DNA of 63,379 nucleotides, the filler included, from Lentisphaeria bacterium (GTDB lineage Bacteria > Verrucomicrobiota > Lentisphaeria > JABSQK01 > JAWLHB01): NCBI GenBank assembly GCA_041690595.1. It is 5 parts of 5 records of this genome, joined end to end, with 100 filler letters (N's around TTAATTAATTAA, not from the genome) between each part and the next. Parts side by side here need not be neighbours in the genome. Positions count along the whole stretch, not along the records: positions 1 to 17,129 come from JAWLHB010000075.1; 4 more parts are not named here. One strand, given 5' to 3'. Positions 1 through 9,815 of this stretch are shown here, piece after piece; the first letter of the stretch is position 1; each line of letters opens with the position of its first letter. A program made the translations under genes and the position numbers. Below the pieces are notes generated by a model. The model did not search any database, had not been told where the DNA came from, and saw nothing but the letters and a program-made list of their open reading frames with translations.

Positions 1-71
1 ACGCCTATATTTTCATATTCAAGCCGAAACTGAAAAGAAATCGTGTGATCTATTATGGCGCCTCTGATGCC

Positions 72-99
72 ATTTTTAACACGCCACGTCAGACCCGTC
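72..99. repeat. 28-bp motif shared with 17314-17341; possible mobile-element end
   Basis: ATTTTTAACACGCCACGTCAGACCCGTC vs ATTTTTAACACGCCATGTCAGACTCGTC (26/28 identical); both lie ~100 nt from a contig or window start. Confidence 0.55.
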
Positions 100-228
100 T
101 GCTCCGTCGTCCGACCTCTCCTTCTCCGCCATACTTCCAGTTCGTCCGGCTCGTGCTTATTTGCGTCAGCCAGCTTACGTGTGTATGCTGTTATACCACC
201 CCCCTCAACCTTCAGCCACCTCTCGCCA

Positions 229-762
229 ATGCCATTCGCCATCGAGCTTTTCTTCGACGATTCCTCTGATGAGTTGATCCGCGACCTGTGGAGGCGCATC
301 GCCGAGGCCGGTTTCACCAGCTTTCTGCCGGAAAATCGCAACATTCCCCACGTGACGCTGACCGTCTGCGAAGAACTGGACCTGGCGCGTGCTCGCCTCA
401 TGATTGCCGAGCTGGCATCCACCATGGCGCCTATGGACCAGGCATTCGTTTCGATCGGCATCTTCCCGTATCAGTACCAGACGGTATTTCTTGGACTGCG
501 ATCCTCGGAACCCTTGCTGGATGTCCAGAAGTACTGCTATGCGATGCTGCGGGAATGCGCCTGCAAAACCTGGCGTTTCTACAGCCCGGAACAGTGGGTG
601 CCGCATTGTTCACTCGGCATGGAGCTTACCCGCCAGGAAGCGATCGCCATCGCCGAGATCGCCCAGGATCTCACCTTCCCAATCGAGTTCACCATCAAGG
701 GCATCGGTATTGTGGAATTCCGCCCTGAACGGATACACTTCATCGCTCCCTTCGGCGGATGA
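229..762 (+). CDS. 2'-5' RNA ligase-like / 2H phosphoesterase family protein
   Basis: Two HxT/S motifs (PHVTL, PHCSL); start chosen at MPFAIELFFD (ATG 229). Confidence 0.8.
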   Translation: MPFAIELFFDDSSDELIRDLWRRIAEAGFTSFLPENRNIPHVTLTVCEELDLARARLMIAELASTMAPMDQAFVSIGIFPYQYQTVFLGLRSSEPLLDVQKYCYAMLRECACKTWRFYSPEQWVPHCSLGMELTRQEAIAIAEIAQDLTFPIEFTIKGIGIVEFRPERIHFIAPFGG

Positions 763-766
763 TGCG

Positions 767-1969
767 TCAGGCGGAGACCTCCATCTGCGCGACCAGGCGC
801 CGCTGCACCTTCGCCCGGGTCACCAGCATGGTCACAAATTGCCAGACCAGCCCAATGGTCACGATGACCATCGCGATATAGGGAAAGAGCATGCCGCTGT
901 TCTTGACCACCTGCAGTACACTCAGGCGGTCATCCTCACCGAAACTTGCCTGATAGAAGGTGAAGTTCCTGTATCGCAACGGATGATTCATATAGATCCG
1001 CACATCCCGTTTCAGCTCGGCTTCCGGGTCGACAAGCGTCACCTCGCTGGCGTAACTGCGATTCACCTGCGTTCCCGGATAAGTGCGGCGCTCGAACTCA
1101 TGCAGGGCGATGGTGAAGGGATAGTAATCACGACGGTCCCGCAGGCCAAACTGGTAAACCTTGCCTGCGACCGTCAGCTCCGTTGGCCGCTCGGTCGTGT
1201 CGGCCAACAGCATCACCACCGGCTCTTCACCGGGTATCCGAACTCGGAAGATCCCCGCCAACAGCTTGCGTTCACCGGGAATCTGACTCAACCGGCGGAT
1301 GGCAAGCCGGGAAGATGACGGATGATTCACCCCATGCTGCCTGGCAAACTCACCCTCCGGATCCTCCACCAGCACCGCCTCCGGCACGATCTGAACCGCG
1401 TCGATGCTGAATGGCAAGCCATGCTCCCCGCTTTCCTCCTCGTAAAGCACGCTCTCCGGCCGCAGATGATCCAGATTGTAGACGGCAGTAACCAGATCCG
1501 TTTCAGGCTCCTGATCATCCACCCGGATGATCGCCAGCTCTTCTTCGGTAAAGCGCGTCGAGAAGTTGGCGCTTTTCCCTTCCAGCAATTCCATATAGCC
1601 TTCATAGCTGCCGTACGCCGTCACGAAGCCGCCGCCCACCAGCACAAGAATCCCGGCATGCAGAATGTACACGCCGATCACCCGGAGCCGCGGCTTCATC
1701 CGAAAAATGGTTGCCGCCAGCAGGTTGACGAAGAGTATTGCCATCAGCAGGTGTGCACCCGGCAAGGGCAGCACCAGCCCCGTCCTGCCTACTGGATAAG
1801 CCACCAGATAACTCTGGTAGAACATCCTCTGCGCCCGGAAGAGGCCATGCTCCGCTTGGTAGAGCGTACCCAGAACCAGGAGCAGCATCATGAAGAGCAG
1901 GACGATCAGCCCGAGAGCATACGACGAGATGAAGCGCAACCAGAGTGGCAGAGGTTTCGCCGCCTTCAC
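767..1969 (-). CDS. Cytochrome c biogenesis ResB/Ccs1-like membrane protein
   Basis: N-terminal TM helices with GT..Q and LHAGIL; C-terminal 'YPGT...SYASEV...IYMNHPLRYRNFTFYQASF' motif typical of ResB-like proteins. Confidence 0.8.
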   Translation of the reverse strand: MKAAKPLPLWLRFISSYALGLIVLLFMMLLLVLGTLYQAEHGLFRAQRMFYQSYLVAYPVGRTGLVLPLPGAHLLMAILFVNLLAATIFRMKPRLRVIGVYILHAGILVLVGGGFVTAYGSYEGYMELLEGKSANFSTRFTEEELAIIRVDDQEPETDLVTAVYNLDHLRPESVLYEEESGEHGLPFSIDAVQIVPEAVLVEDPEGEFARQHGVNHPSSSRLAIRRLSQIPGERKLLAGIFRVRIPGEEPVVMLLADTTERPTELTVAGKVYQFGLRDRRDYYPFTIALHEFERRTYPGTQVNRSYASEVTLVDPEAELKRDVRIYMNHPLRYRNFTFYQASFGEDDRLSVLQVVKNSGMLFPYIAMVIVTIGLVWQFVTMLVTRAKVQRRLVAQMEVSA

Positions 1970-2667
1970 GGAGCTTCGACCGAACTGGCGGCATCAATAC
2001 TCGAGATGAACTGCCGGTATCCTTCCCGAGCGGCGGTCACTGTCGCCGACGGCCCCTGCAGTTTCACAAAAAGCACCCCGCCTTCATGCTCGATGATGGC
2101 CGACATGATCATCTGGTCGTTGTTGCTCATTTCTACAACCTTCGCGTCCACACCCAAGGCTGTTGGTACAGCCACCACCGACTCTTCAATCTCGCCCGCC
2201 GATGCAGGAGGCAGAGCGATCTGACCCCGCCAGCGATTGACGTTGCCGACCAACCCACCGGCCGCCCCGGCAAGTCGCACCAGCGAAAAATCAGCATCGC
2301 CGCCATCGCCCGGCACCGCATAGCTGGCAATGCGCATGGAACTGGCCGCTTTCGACGCCCACTCTTCCGGAGCCTGCCAGACATAGTTCATATCCTGCGC
2401 CGCGGGGGCCAGTCCGGGTGTGGCCACCATCGGAGCATTGCCGTCGATCGGCGGATGCCCCTGTGGCAGCTCTCCCGTTGCCTGTGGCATGGGCGGATGT
2501 CCTTCGGGCATCTCTCCCGACGCCTGGTCCATAGGACCATGATCATGCCCGGCATGCTCGTCCTCGGCTTGTGCCAGACGATAGGTTTTTACTTCGGGCT
2601 CTTTCCGGCAGCCGCTGATGATCACCAGCGATGCCCCGATCAGTGTGAGTAGAGTTAGGCTTTTCAT
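1966..2667 (-). CDS. Lipoprotein with His-rich and GHPP repeats, coupled to the resB-like gene
   Basis: Lipobox IISGC; HAGHDH, MPEGHPP, LPQGHPP; 'NVNRWRGQIAL' motif; 4-bp overlap with the resB-like gene. Confidence 0.75.
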   Translation of the reverse strand: MKSLTLLTLIGASLVIISGCRKEPEVKTYRLAQAEDEHAGHDHGPMDQASGEMPEGHPPMPQATGELPQGHPPIDGNAPMVATPGLAPAAQDMNYVWQAPEEWASKAASSMRIASYAVPGDGGDADFSLVRLAGAAGGLVGNVNRWRGQIALPPASAGEIEESVVAVPTALGVDAKVVEMSNNDQMIMSAIIEHEGGVLFVKLQGPSATVTAAREGYRQFISSIDAASSVEAP

Positions 2668-2674
2668 GGGACGT

Positions 2675-2703
2675 ACAGTAGGGCAGTGTTCCGCATTTTT
2701 CAA
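2675..2703 (-). promoter_or_regulatory. Sigma70-like promoter, probably giving a leaderless transcript
   Basis: TTGAAA-17 bp-TACTGT, then 7 nt to ATG 2667; no Shine-Dalgarno. Confidence 0.5.
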
Positions 2704-5700
2704 TCGTAACTCATCATCATGCGTCGCTCGCGACGACGATGAACCACCCTCAGAATCCATCCGATCAGCATCATCGCCAGACCAAGGAGCGGCAGAAAGC
2801 CCACCAGCAGAAAGACAAGCCCGACCAGCATCAGCCATTTGCTGCTCCGGTCGCCGCCGAGTCCATGCGCCGCGACGCGATGTAGACCTCGACCAATCAG
2901 CGCCAGGACCAGGATGATCAACACCGCCATGAAAAGCTGCCGGATGGCAACGAGCAACGGCATCGCCAGGCCATGCGCCCGAATGACCGCATCCCCCCGA
3001 GGCTTGCTGAACCGATAGACCTGCCAGCGCTCCGCATCCTCATCCGGCAGCGCAGCCGGCAGGCTCGCCAGGTAGCCGCGGTCATCGGACTCTCCCTGCA
3101 CCATGGACAGACCGACAATAAATGGCTGCTGCTCCTGCGCAGACTCCATGCCAAACCTCAAATTCCCTGACTGCTGCATCTCCTGGCCGGATGTTGACTC
3201 CCCGTTCCGCGCGCCCTCCAGCTTCTCATCCTTCGGTATAATGATCATGTCTCCAACAGCTCCACCCTTACCCTTCCCCCGCGGTGCTCGCTTCCGCTCC
3301 TTCTCGGAAGCCTCCTTGTCGCCGCCAAAGTTGTAGTCCAGCCCATGGAGATCGGCCGACTCCGCCCGATTGGTCTGCCCGCGCCAGTAATCGGTGATCC
3401 CAAACGTATTGCTGATTCCTTCCGCGCCTTGCTCTGCCTTCTGGGCCGCGTCAATCGCTTGCTTACCGGTCTCCAGAATCGACTCCGACTGCTGCACCTG
3501 CTGCGCCAGCTTGGCATTGAACACTGCATTACCGACCTGCTGGCTCTCTTCGACCTCGCTCGACAGTTTGCTCCAGTTGAGCCTTGCACGCGAACGCTCG
3601 AAGGCGCTTCCGAACTTCAGCGTCTGCACCAGCTCCTTGGCCTGCTGGCTCTGATACTCGAGATAATCCGCCTGATAGCTCGCCGCGTCCGTTACTTCCG
3701 GCATCGTGCCACCAAATCGCCACCACCAAAACTCCCGCGGCAGGCGCAGCTCAACCTGCGTCAGCTCCGCATTGATGCCCAACGCCTGTGCCAGCGGCAT
3801 GAGGCGCGACGACCAGAGTCCCGGTGCTTCCATATCTCCACCATAGAGCAGCACTACTTGGTAATCCAGGTCGCCCACCGCCGTCTTCACCAACGGTATG
3901 TGGAACTGGCGTTCGCTCGTCGAGACCACGGGCTTCACCGGTTGGTCGGCTACCGTGACCGAGTAAAGGGTCGACCCGGACGGGAGCTCGACCAGCAGAT
4001 AGGATTCGGTGCGATTGTTGACATGAAAGGTCTGCTGACCGCGATAGGCGCCACTGCCATCAAGCACCAGGATCGTCCGTGCCAGGCCGATTCGGGCGCC
4101 GACTGTCTCGATTGCTTCACGAGGTGTGCTCCTGTAGATCAGTTGCGGATCGTCGCTCGATGCTTCCGCCAGGTATGCCTGGGTGCTGCCACCTCGCAGA
4201 AGCGCCGCCATCGCCTGCCACTCCTGTTGCTGGCGATTCAAAGCAGTCAGCCCTACCAGCTTCTCCACCACCACCTCATCGCGACCGGCGCTTTCCAGCG
4301 CGACGAGACGTCGATCGGTGCGCCCCGTCAGCACCTTGGGAATCGGTGCCCGCTCTGCTTCCTCAGTCAACCCGCGCCGATTCAGGATCAGCACCCGCAG
4401 CTCCCCAATCACCTCCTGCTGCAGTGTCAGCTCAACCCGAACCCGCCCTTCGTCCACCATTGGAACGATTCGCTTCTCCCGCAACAGCGGCAACTTCACC
4501 TCAGCCTCGGACATCCACTCCGGCATCTCGAAGACAAGCTGATCGACACCTGCCTGACGCACCGTGAAGTCGAGCAGCAGGGTCTCTTCGATAGCCGCTT
4601 CGGTGATTCGCACATTCGTCAGCGTATGGCAGGTCACATCCGGCCGGCGTCGCCGCAAGTGAACACGCCCGCCAAAGTCAACGCCGGTATAGCGGAAAAC
4701 GATCCGCGCCAGCGCCATGTGCTCCTTCGAAAGCCAGCCCGCCACCTGTGCGGGAAGCACCGTCGTCAGATTTCGCAGGTCACGCGGCTGGACGTCATAG
4801 GCATCCGGCGCCTGAATGACGATATGCCCGCTTTGCCGCGCCACGTCCAGAGCTCGTGGTCGCGGCAGTTCCACCCCACCCTCGGCATCGGGCGCGGGAA
4901 GCTCGCCGCTCAGGATCACGGGAACCACGCCGGTGCGATTGCTCTCGAAGAAAATCGTCAGGCGTTGCCCATCCTCAACCTCTTCCAGGATTTTTCCCGT
5001 CATCTGAGGCGCGCTCACCGTCGCCAACGTGAAGGTGGCAGGCAGAAGCAACGCGACGTGGGGCACCGCCCCCTCCTGCACGTCAAAGAGAAAGCGGCTT
5101 TCCAACTCGCACCTGCGCTCGCTCAGCCGCAACAGGGTCTGCCCCTCCGCCATCACCCGCGGCTGCAACTGCCGCGCCTCGAGCTGAATCCGCGGGCCGG
5201 CAGCGGCAAAGGTAAAGGCATCGTACGCCTGCGTCCGGAGCATGTCCTCTCCCGACATCTGCCTTCTGGGAGAATCGACCCGGGTGCGGGTCACCCCCTC
5301 CGTCACCAGCGTTTGCAGGACAAGCAGCGGCACATGCTCGATGGCTATTCGGCCGGTATGACGCACGGCATCCGGCACCCGTACAAACGGCACATCCAAT
5401 CGCACCGCGGCCTCCGGACGCATCACCTCCCCCCGCCACAGCATCAGCCCAATTGCCGCATGCCCGGCGGCAGGCGTCAAAAGCTCTACCTGCACGCGGT
5501 TCTCCTCGCGACTCCAGCCGCGCACATCATCGCCTGTCACGCGTTCCACCTCGTAGCCGTCTGGAATCAGCAGGTCAAACGCGGCCCGGGCGCCACCACG
5601 GAAGCTGAACGCCAACTGCCAGTTCAGCTCGCAACGGTCCAGGCGCACACCGAAGACTGCTTCCGACTGCACCGTCAGGCTGCGATCCACCTGCCCTTCC

Positions 5701-8700
5701 ATCGTCATCGGTTGCCAGCGGAACGAGAGCTGTCCCCCTTCACCGATGGGTACCTGCAACCGCTCGCCCGCTCTGGTCGTGCGAAAAACCAGTGGCCGCT
5801 CCAGGTGAAGCACCTGCAGCTCGGTCTGGGCATCGGGCAACGTGACCTCGAGATGCGCGACAGGCAGGGACGGCAAGGCGAAGGACACTTGTCTGGCGCC
5901 GCCGGCACGCGTCGCCTCGACCCGCATCTCCACCTCCAGGCGATGCATCCCCTTACCTTCCAGAAAGATCCGGACACCTTCCTTTTCCGCCAACGGCTGA
6001 AGTGGAACCATCCGCCCTTCTTCCACCAGACGCGACAGCGCCACCCCCGCCAGCGGCAGGTCGATGGCGACACGCTCTGCCGCATACAGCTCAACCCCGA
6101 TCCACCCACGCAGCACGAGAGCCTCATCCTCCCCGACGGTCGCCGCCAGGGCCCCGCCCGCATGCGCCCACGGAACCGGAGGCTTCACCTCACCACGCGC
6201 GGGGTCCAGGAGGCGCCGCAATTCCTCCAGTCGAACGCGCGGTACCAGCACCTTCTCCCGCACCTCTGGCACTGCTGGATCATACGGTACAATGATGGCA
6301 CGCTCCGGGACGGCAAGTGACAGCGCCGGGAGCCGCTCCTCTTCGGCATGAACACTCGGCTGCACGCTTGCATACACCACGAAAGCCACGCTCCAGAGTA
6401 GCGCATGACCGCACTTGAATCGCTGCGCGGTCTGCGCAAAAATCCCGTAGATTCGCGAAATCAGTGGCAGGAGCGTATACCAGATGGCAAGCAGAATCGC
6501 CCAGCCAAAGACGTGATTGAGCGCCAGCGCCAGAGACGTAAGCCCCGGCACCAGGGGAACCAGGCCGCTTATCACAATCAGCCAGAAAAGGTAGCGCCAG
6601 CGTTGCCACGACTCCCCCGTACTCAGCGAAAGCCCAATCACCATGGCAACTGCCGCAAGAAACCACCCAAGGTGGCGCCACCACCGCGGCCGCACGATGG
6701 TCAGCTCCAACTCCGCGGCCTCCGGCAGCGAGGCAAACTCCAGATGATCGCTTCCGCTCTGGAGACTGATCTTCAGGCTTCTCGCTCCGGCCACGCCCCA
6801 GCTACCCCCATCGTCCTCCTTGCTCATCGGCTTCGCCACTTGTGCCGGTTCCGGCGCGGTCGCTGCCCCGGGCGCTTCGTCATACATCCGCTCGTTGAAC
6901 TCTTCCGGAGCCGCCACTTCAGATTCGACCACGGAATCATCATACTCCATGCTCTTGTACCGCGCCTTCGACACGGTGGAACCGACCGCCAGGACACATC
7001 CTGACAGGAGCCCCCGCTCGAAGCCGACGCCCCCACTCAGCCAATAGGCGACACGCCCCAGAAAGGCGAACGGCTGCTCGACCGGCTCCAGCCCCGGCAA
7101 GGCCACCGCGCCATCGCTGGCAATCACCCGATAGCCGGTCGGCAACGAGATCCGCCAGCGCATCTCCACCACGGGTATCTCCCGAAGCCCTTCCGGCGCT
7201 TGCCGCAGAAAACGCGGCGCCTCCAGACGTGGCCTTGCCCGCCAACTGAAGCTCCGGCCAGGCACTTCGTAGAGCACCAGCAGCTCCTGCTCCGCATCGC
7301 TCTCTGACGAGACTTCGAGCAGAATCGCCCCGTCCAACTGCCGCGGCTTGCTGGGCCTGCCGTCAAGCGTCACCGACCAGAGGATCGCATCTGGCGGCAA
7401 CTGCAAGTGCAGAAAGCTTAGCTTGCTGCGCAACCGGGCTTCCAGCGCGCAGTGTTGGAGACCATTCTCCCCGAGCACGGCCGCCACCGTCGCATGCTGC
7501 ACAATCGCAGGCGGCAACTCGGCCAGCGCCGGCCGGGTCACCCTAACCGTCACCGGTGGAGGGCTGCCCGTGAAGCTGAAGACACCGGTGAGGCGATCGA
7601 CCCCGCCCAGTCCCACATGGCTCATCTCCCCTTCATCAACCCGCCGCGGATGCTCCACCATCTCCACATTCAGCTCACTCTCCCCACCAACCGCCACCAC
7701 GCCGGATTGGTACCGTACGGATGATGCCTCAATCACCGGCAGCGTCAACGACTCCACCGCGCCGCGTGGCGACGGCAGTTCGAAACTGATCCGCAACTGC
7801 ACCTCCCCCCGCGTTTCCGCCGCCAGGAGTACCGACCATAGATTGCCCGCCTCGGTCACCTCATGATGGTACTCCTTGACCGCCGTAGCGCCAAGCCCCA
7901 CGACGCGCAGCGCCGTCGGCGAATCCGCGGGCAGAAGAAAGCTCACCTTCCGCACCCCCGCATCCGCCACGACAAAGGAGAGGACGCCGGTTACGGCAAT
8001 GGCCTCACGGCCGATCGCGAATAGAGTCTCGCCGCGGGCACTCAGCCAAGCCGGTACCCGCTCCACGCGAGCGCTCCCCGCATACGTTTCGTGGCTGAAT
8101 CGGTAGGCCAGATGGGCATCCACTTCCTTCGCCGCGACCAGCTCCGCATCATCGCGCGCCAACGGCTCGAGGCCAGTCACCTGCCCAGGCAGCACCCGCA
8201 GATCCTCCTCCACATGAAGGGTCAGAATGCCCTTTACCGCCGTGGCATCCGCCAGACGAAACTCCGGCAGCGCTACCTCTCGCTCATCCCATTCCGTGAA
8301 CCACTCCACCGGAACTCGACTCGCCACGTAGCGCAACGTCTTCGTCCTTCCAGGATCGAGCACCCCGGGCAGGTGGATAGTCAGAACCTGCCCCTCGGCG
8401 CCATGATCAACCACATCAAACAGCGGCTCCGCCACCCGCTCCTCGGCAGGCGCGGCCACCGGCCAGTTGGTGACGGACGACATCGCCCATCCTTCAGGAA
8501 TGCGCAAGGTCAAGCTCTGAATGGGCTGCTCCAAAGCCGTCACCCGCAGGTGGCCGATGACATCGAGTCGATCGCGCCGTACGGTGAGGCGGAGATTATG
8601 GATCGCTTCAATCCGTCCGGCCGGTATCCGCAAGGCCGCCCGCACCTGCGCTTCACCGGACGGCGCATAGCCGGTCAGCAGACGCCGCATCGGGATTTCG

Positions 8701-9815
8701 CCCCACCCCATGTTCAGCTCCGGCAAGGTCAGCGGCAGAAGCTCCCGATAGTCCAGCGACAGCAGTTCAAGCTGCTCAGCCATGCTCACGGCCACCAGTG
8801 CATCAAACCGATCCACCTCCAGAGGGCGGATGCGGGGCAGCTCCCAGGCAACCAGCGTCTCGTCACTGCGCCATGCCTCGACCACCACCACCACTTCACC
8901 CACTTGCTCTTCATGGAGCTGAGCCGTCACCACCTGCGTCTCCCCCTGCCGTTCCACGGACCATCCGCTGAGGCTGGCGCTACTCACATCCGTCACATGA
9001 AAGCTCGCTGGAAGCTCGAGTCCAAGTGTCGCCGTCGGCCGGTGCAGAATGTCGTAGGTCATCCGCACCTTGAGACGCTCGCCACCGGGCTCCAGATGGC
9101 TCCAGATCAACCCCTGCGCCAGCAACGCCTGCGTCGACTCGGCCTTGCGGTTGTTGAGTCCCACCGCCCCATCCAGGCGCCCCCCTGTCAGAAGCAGATC
9201 AAAACTGGTGCGATCGCTGTCGCTTGCGTAACGGCGGTCGAGTATGGCGACGCTCTTGCTCGTAAAATCGACGTCACCGCCAGCGGAGAGGGTCACCCGC
9301 GTGCTGGCCGGAGTCGGCACCGTCATCTGGAAGGCGCGGTTGACATCATGGTGCAGCGCCGCCATGCCGCGAACCCGCAGGCGATGGTCCCCCACCCCCT
9401 GGGCGAAGAGTTTCAGCTTGCCCATCTCGCCGCCAATGGCGGCAGGACGACCGTCCAGCGTCGCTTCCAGTATCCAGAGATCGCGAAAGGGAAGTGGCAC
9501 GGCCTGCAGGCGATCGCTGGCAATGGTCAGGACAAGCTCACCTTCCAGCATGACGATCTTCTCGCCCACGGACAGCCGATACTCCGCGGCGGAGAACCAC
9601 GCCGAGAGCGGCGGCGCTTCCACCCTCGCGGGAGGCGCGGCATCCGCCAGCATCTGCTCGTACGCCTCCAACTCGAGCAGGACGTGGTCGTGTTGCTGCA
9701 GCATCAGCGCATGCAGATCGTCGAAGGGTACCAGCAGGCGTCGCTCCGGCTCATCGGCGCGCCCCACCACTGCCACCACCAGCAGCAGACCAAGCAGAGG
9801 CAGAAGGTTACGCAT
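2700..9815 (-). CDS. Giant (~2370 aa) membrane-anchored protein made of two homologous units; function unknown
   Basis: Signal peptide MRNLLPLLGLLLVVAVVGRA; repeated beta-rich modules; internal TM cluster and C-terminal TMs; start overlaps the stop of the upstream paralog. Confidence 0.85.
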   Translation of the reverse strand: MRNLLPLLGLLLVVAVVGRADEPERRLLVPFDDLHALMLQQHDHVLLELEAYEQMLADAAPPARVEAPPLSAWFSAAEYRLSVGEKIVMLEGELVLTIASDRLQAVPLPFRDLWILEATLDGRPAAIGGEMGKLKLFAQGVGDHRLRVRGMAALHHDVNRAFQMTVPTPASTRVTLSAGGDVDFTSKSVAILDRRYASDSDRTSFDLLLTGGRLDGAVGLNNRKAESTQALLAQGLIWSHLEPGGERLKVRMTYDILHRPTATLGLELPASFHVTDVSSASLSGWSVERQGETQVVTAQLHEEQVGEVVVVVEAWRSDETLVAWELPRIRPLEVDRFDALVAVSMAEQLELLSLDYRELLPLTLPELNMGWGEIPMRRLLTGYAPSGEAQVRAALRIPAGRIEAIHNLRLTVRRDRLDVIGHLRVTALEQPIQSLTLRIPEGWAMSSVTNWPVAAPAEERVAEPLFDVVDHGAEGQVLTIHLPGVLDPGRTKTLRYVASRVPVEWFTEWDEREVALPEFRLADATAVKGILTLHVEEDLRVLPGQVTGLEPLARDDAELVAAKEVDAHLAYRFSHETYAGSARVERVPAWLSARGETLFAIGREAIAVTGVLSFVVADAGVRKVSFLLPADSPTALRVVGLGATAVKEYHHEVTEAGNLWSVLLAAETRGEVQLRISFELPSPRGAVESLTLPVIEASSVRYQSGVVAVGGESELNVEMVEHPRRVDEGEMSHVGLGGVDRLTGVFSFTGSPPPVTVRVTRPALAELPPAIVQHATVAAVLGENGLQHCALEARLRSKLSFLHLQLPPDAILWSVTLDGRPSKPRQLDGAILLEVSSESDAEQELLVLYEVPGRSFSWRARPRLEAPRFLRQAPEGLREIPVVEMRWRISLPTGYRVIASDGAVALPGLEPVEQPFAFLGRVAYWLSGGVGFERGLLSGCVLAVGSTVSKARYKSMEYDDSVVESEVAAPEEFNERMYDEAPGAATAPEPAQVAKPMSKEDDGGSWGVAGARSLKISLQSGSDHLEFASLPEAAELELTIVRPRWWRHLGWFLAAVAMVIGLSLSTGESWQRWRYLFWLIVISGLVPLVPGLTSLALALNHVFGWAILLAIWYTLLPLISRIYGIFAQTAQRFKCGHALLWSVAFVVYASVQPSVHAEEERLPALSLAVPERAIIVPYDPAVPEVREKVLVPRVRLEELRRLLDPARGEVKPPVPWAHAGGALAATVGEDEALVLRGWIGVELYAAERVAIDLPLAGVALSRLVEEGRMVPLQPLAEKEGVRIFLEGKGMHRLEVEMRVEATRAGGARQVSFALPSLPVAHLEVTLPDAQTELQVLHLERPLVFRTTRAGERLQVPIGEGGQLSFRWQPMTMEGQVDRSLTVQSEAVFGVRLDRCELNWQLAFSFRGGARAAFDLLIPDGYEVERVTGDDVRGWSREENRVQVELLTPAAGHAAIGLMLWRGEVMRPEAAVRLDVPFVRVPDAVRHTGRIAIEHVPLLVLQTLVTEGVTRTRVDSPRRQMSGEDMLRTQAYDAFTFAAAGPRIQLEARQLQPRVMAEGQTLLRLSERRCELESRFLFDVQEGAVPHVALLLPATFTLATVSAPQMTGKILEEVEDGQRLTIFFESNRTGVVPVILSGELPAPDAEGGVELPRPRALDVARQSGHIVIQAPDAYDVQPRDLRNLTTVLPAQVAGWLSKEHMALARIVFRYTGVDFGGRVHLRRRRPDVTCHTLTNVRITEAAIEETLLLDFTVRQAGVDQLVFEMPEWMSEAEVKLPLLREKRIVPMVDEGRVRVELTLQQEVIGELRVLILNRRGLTEEAERAPIPKVLTGRTDRRLVALESAGRDEVVVEKLVGLTALNRQQQEWQAMAALLRGGSTQAYLAEASSDDPQLIYRSTPREAIETVGARIGLARTILVLDGSGAYRGQQTFHVNNRTESYLLVELPSGSTLYSVTVADQPVKPVVSTSERQFHIPLVKTAVGDLDYQVVLLYGGDMEAPGLWSSRLMPLAQALGINAELTQVELRLPREFWWWRFGGTMPEVTDAASYQADYLEYQSQQAKELVQTLKFGSAFERSRARLNWSKLSSEVEESQQVGNAVFNAKLAQQVQQSESILETGKQAIDAAQKAEQGAEGISNTFGITDYWRGQTNRAESADLHGLDYNFGGDKEASEKERKRAPRGKGKGGAVGDMIIIPKDEKLEGARNGESTSGQEMQQSGNLRFGMESAQEQQPFIVGLSMVQGESDDRGYLASLPAALPDEDAERWQVYRFSKPRGDAVIRAHGLAMPLLVAIRQLFMAVLIILVLALIGRGLHRVAAHGLGGDRSSKWLMLVGLVFLLVGFLPLLGLAMMLIGWILRVVHRRRERRMMMSYD

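Noticed and set aside
55..228. N-terminal extensions in the ORF track (also ORFs starting at 2838, 13332, 38619, 45211, 60785, 63214)
   Set aside because: Downstream starts fit RBS, promoter or domain boundaries better; the extensions overlap promoters, repeats or other genes.
3345..6320. 991-aa plus-strand ORF and similar long antisense ORFs (e.g. 8091-9989, 9244-11316, 14880-16595, 54046-55932, 60548-62635)
   Set aside because: Shadow ORFs opposite real high-GC genes; Arg/His/Gln-rich with no motifs.
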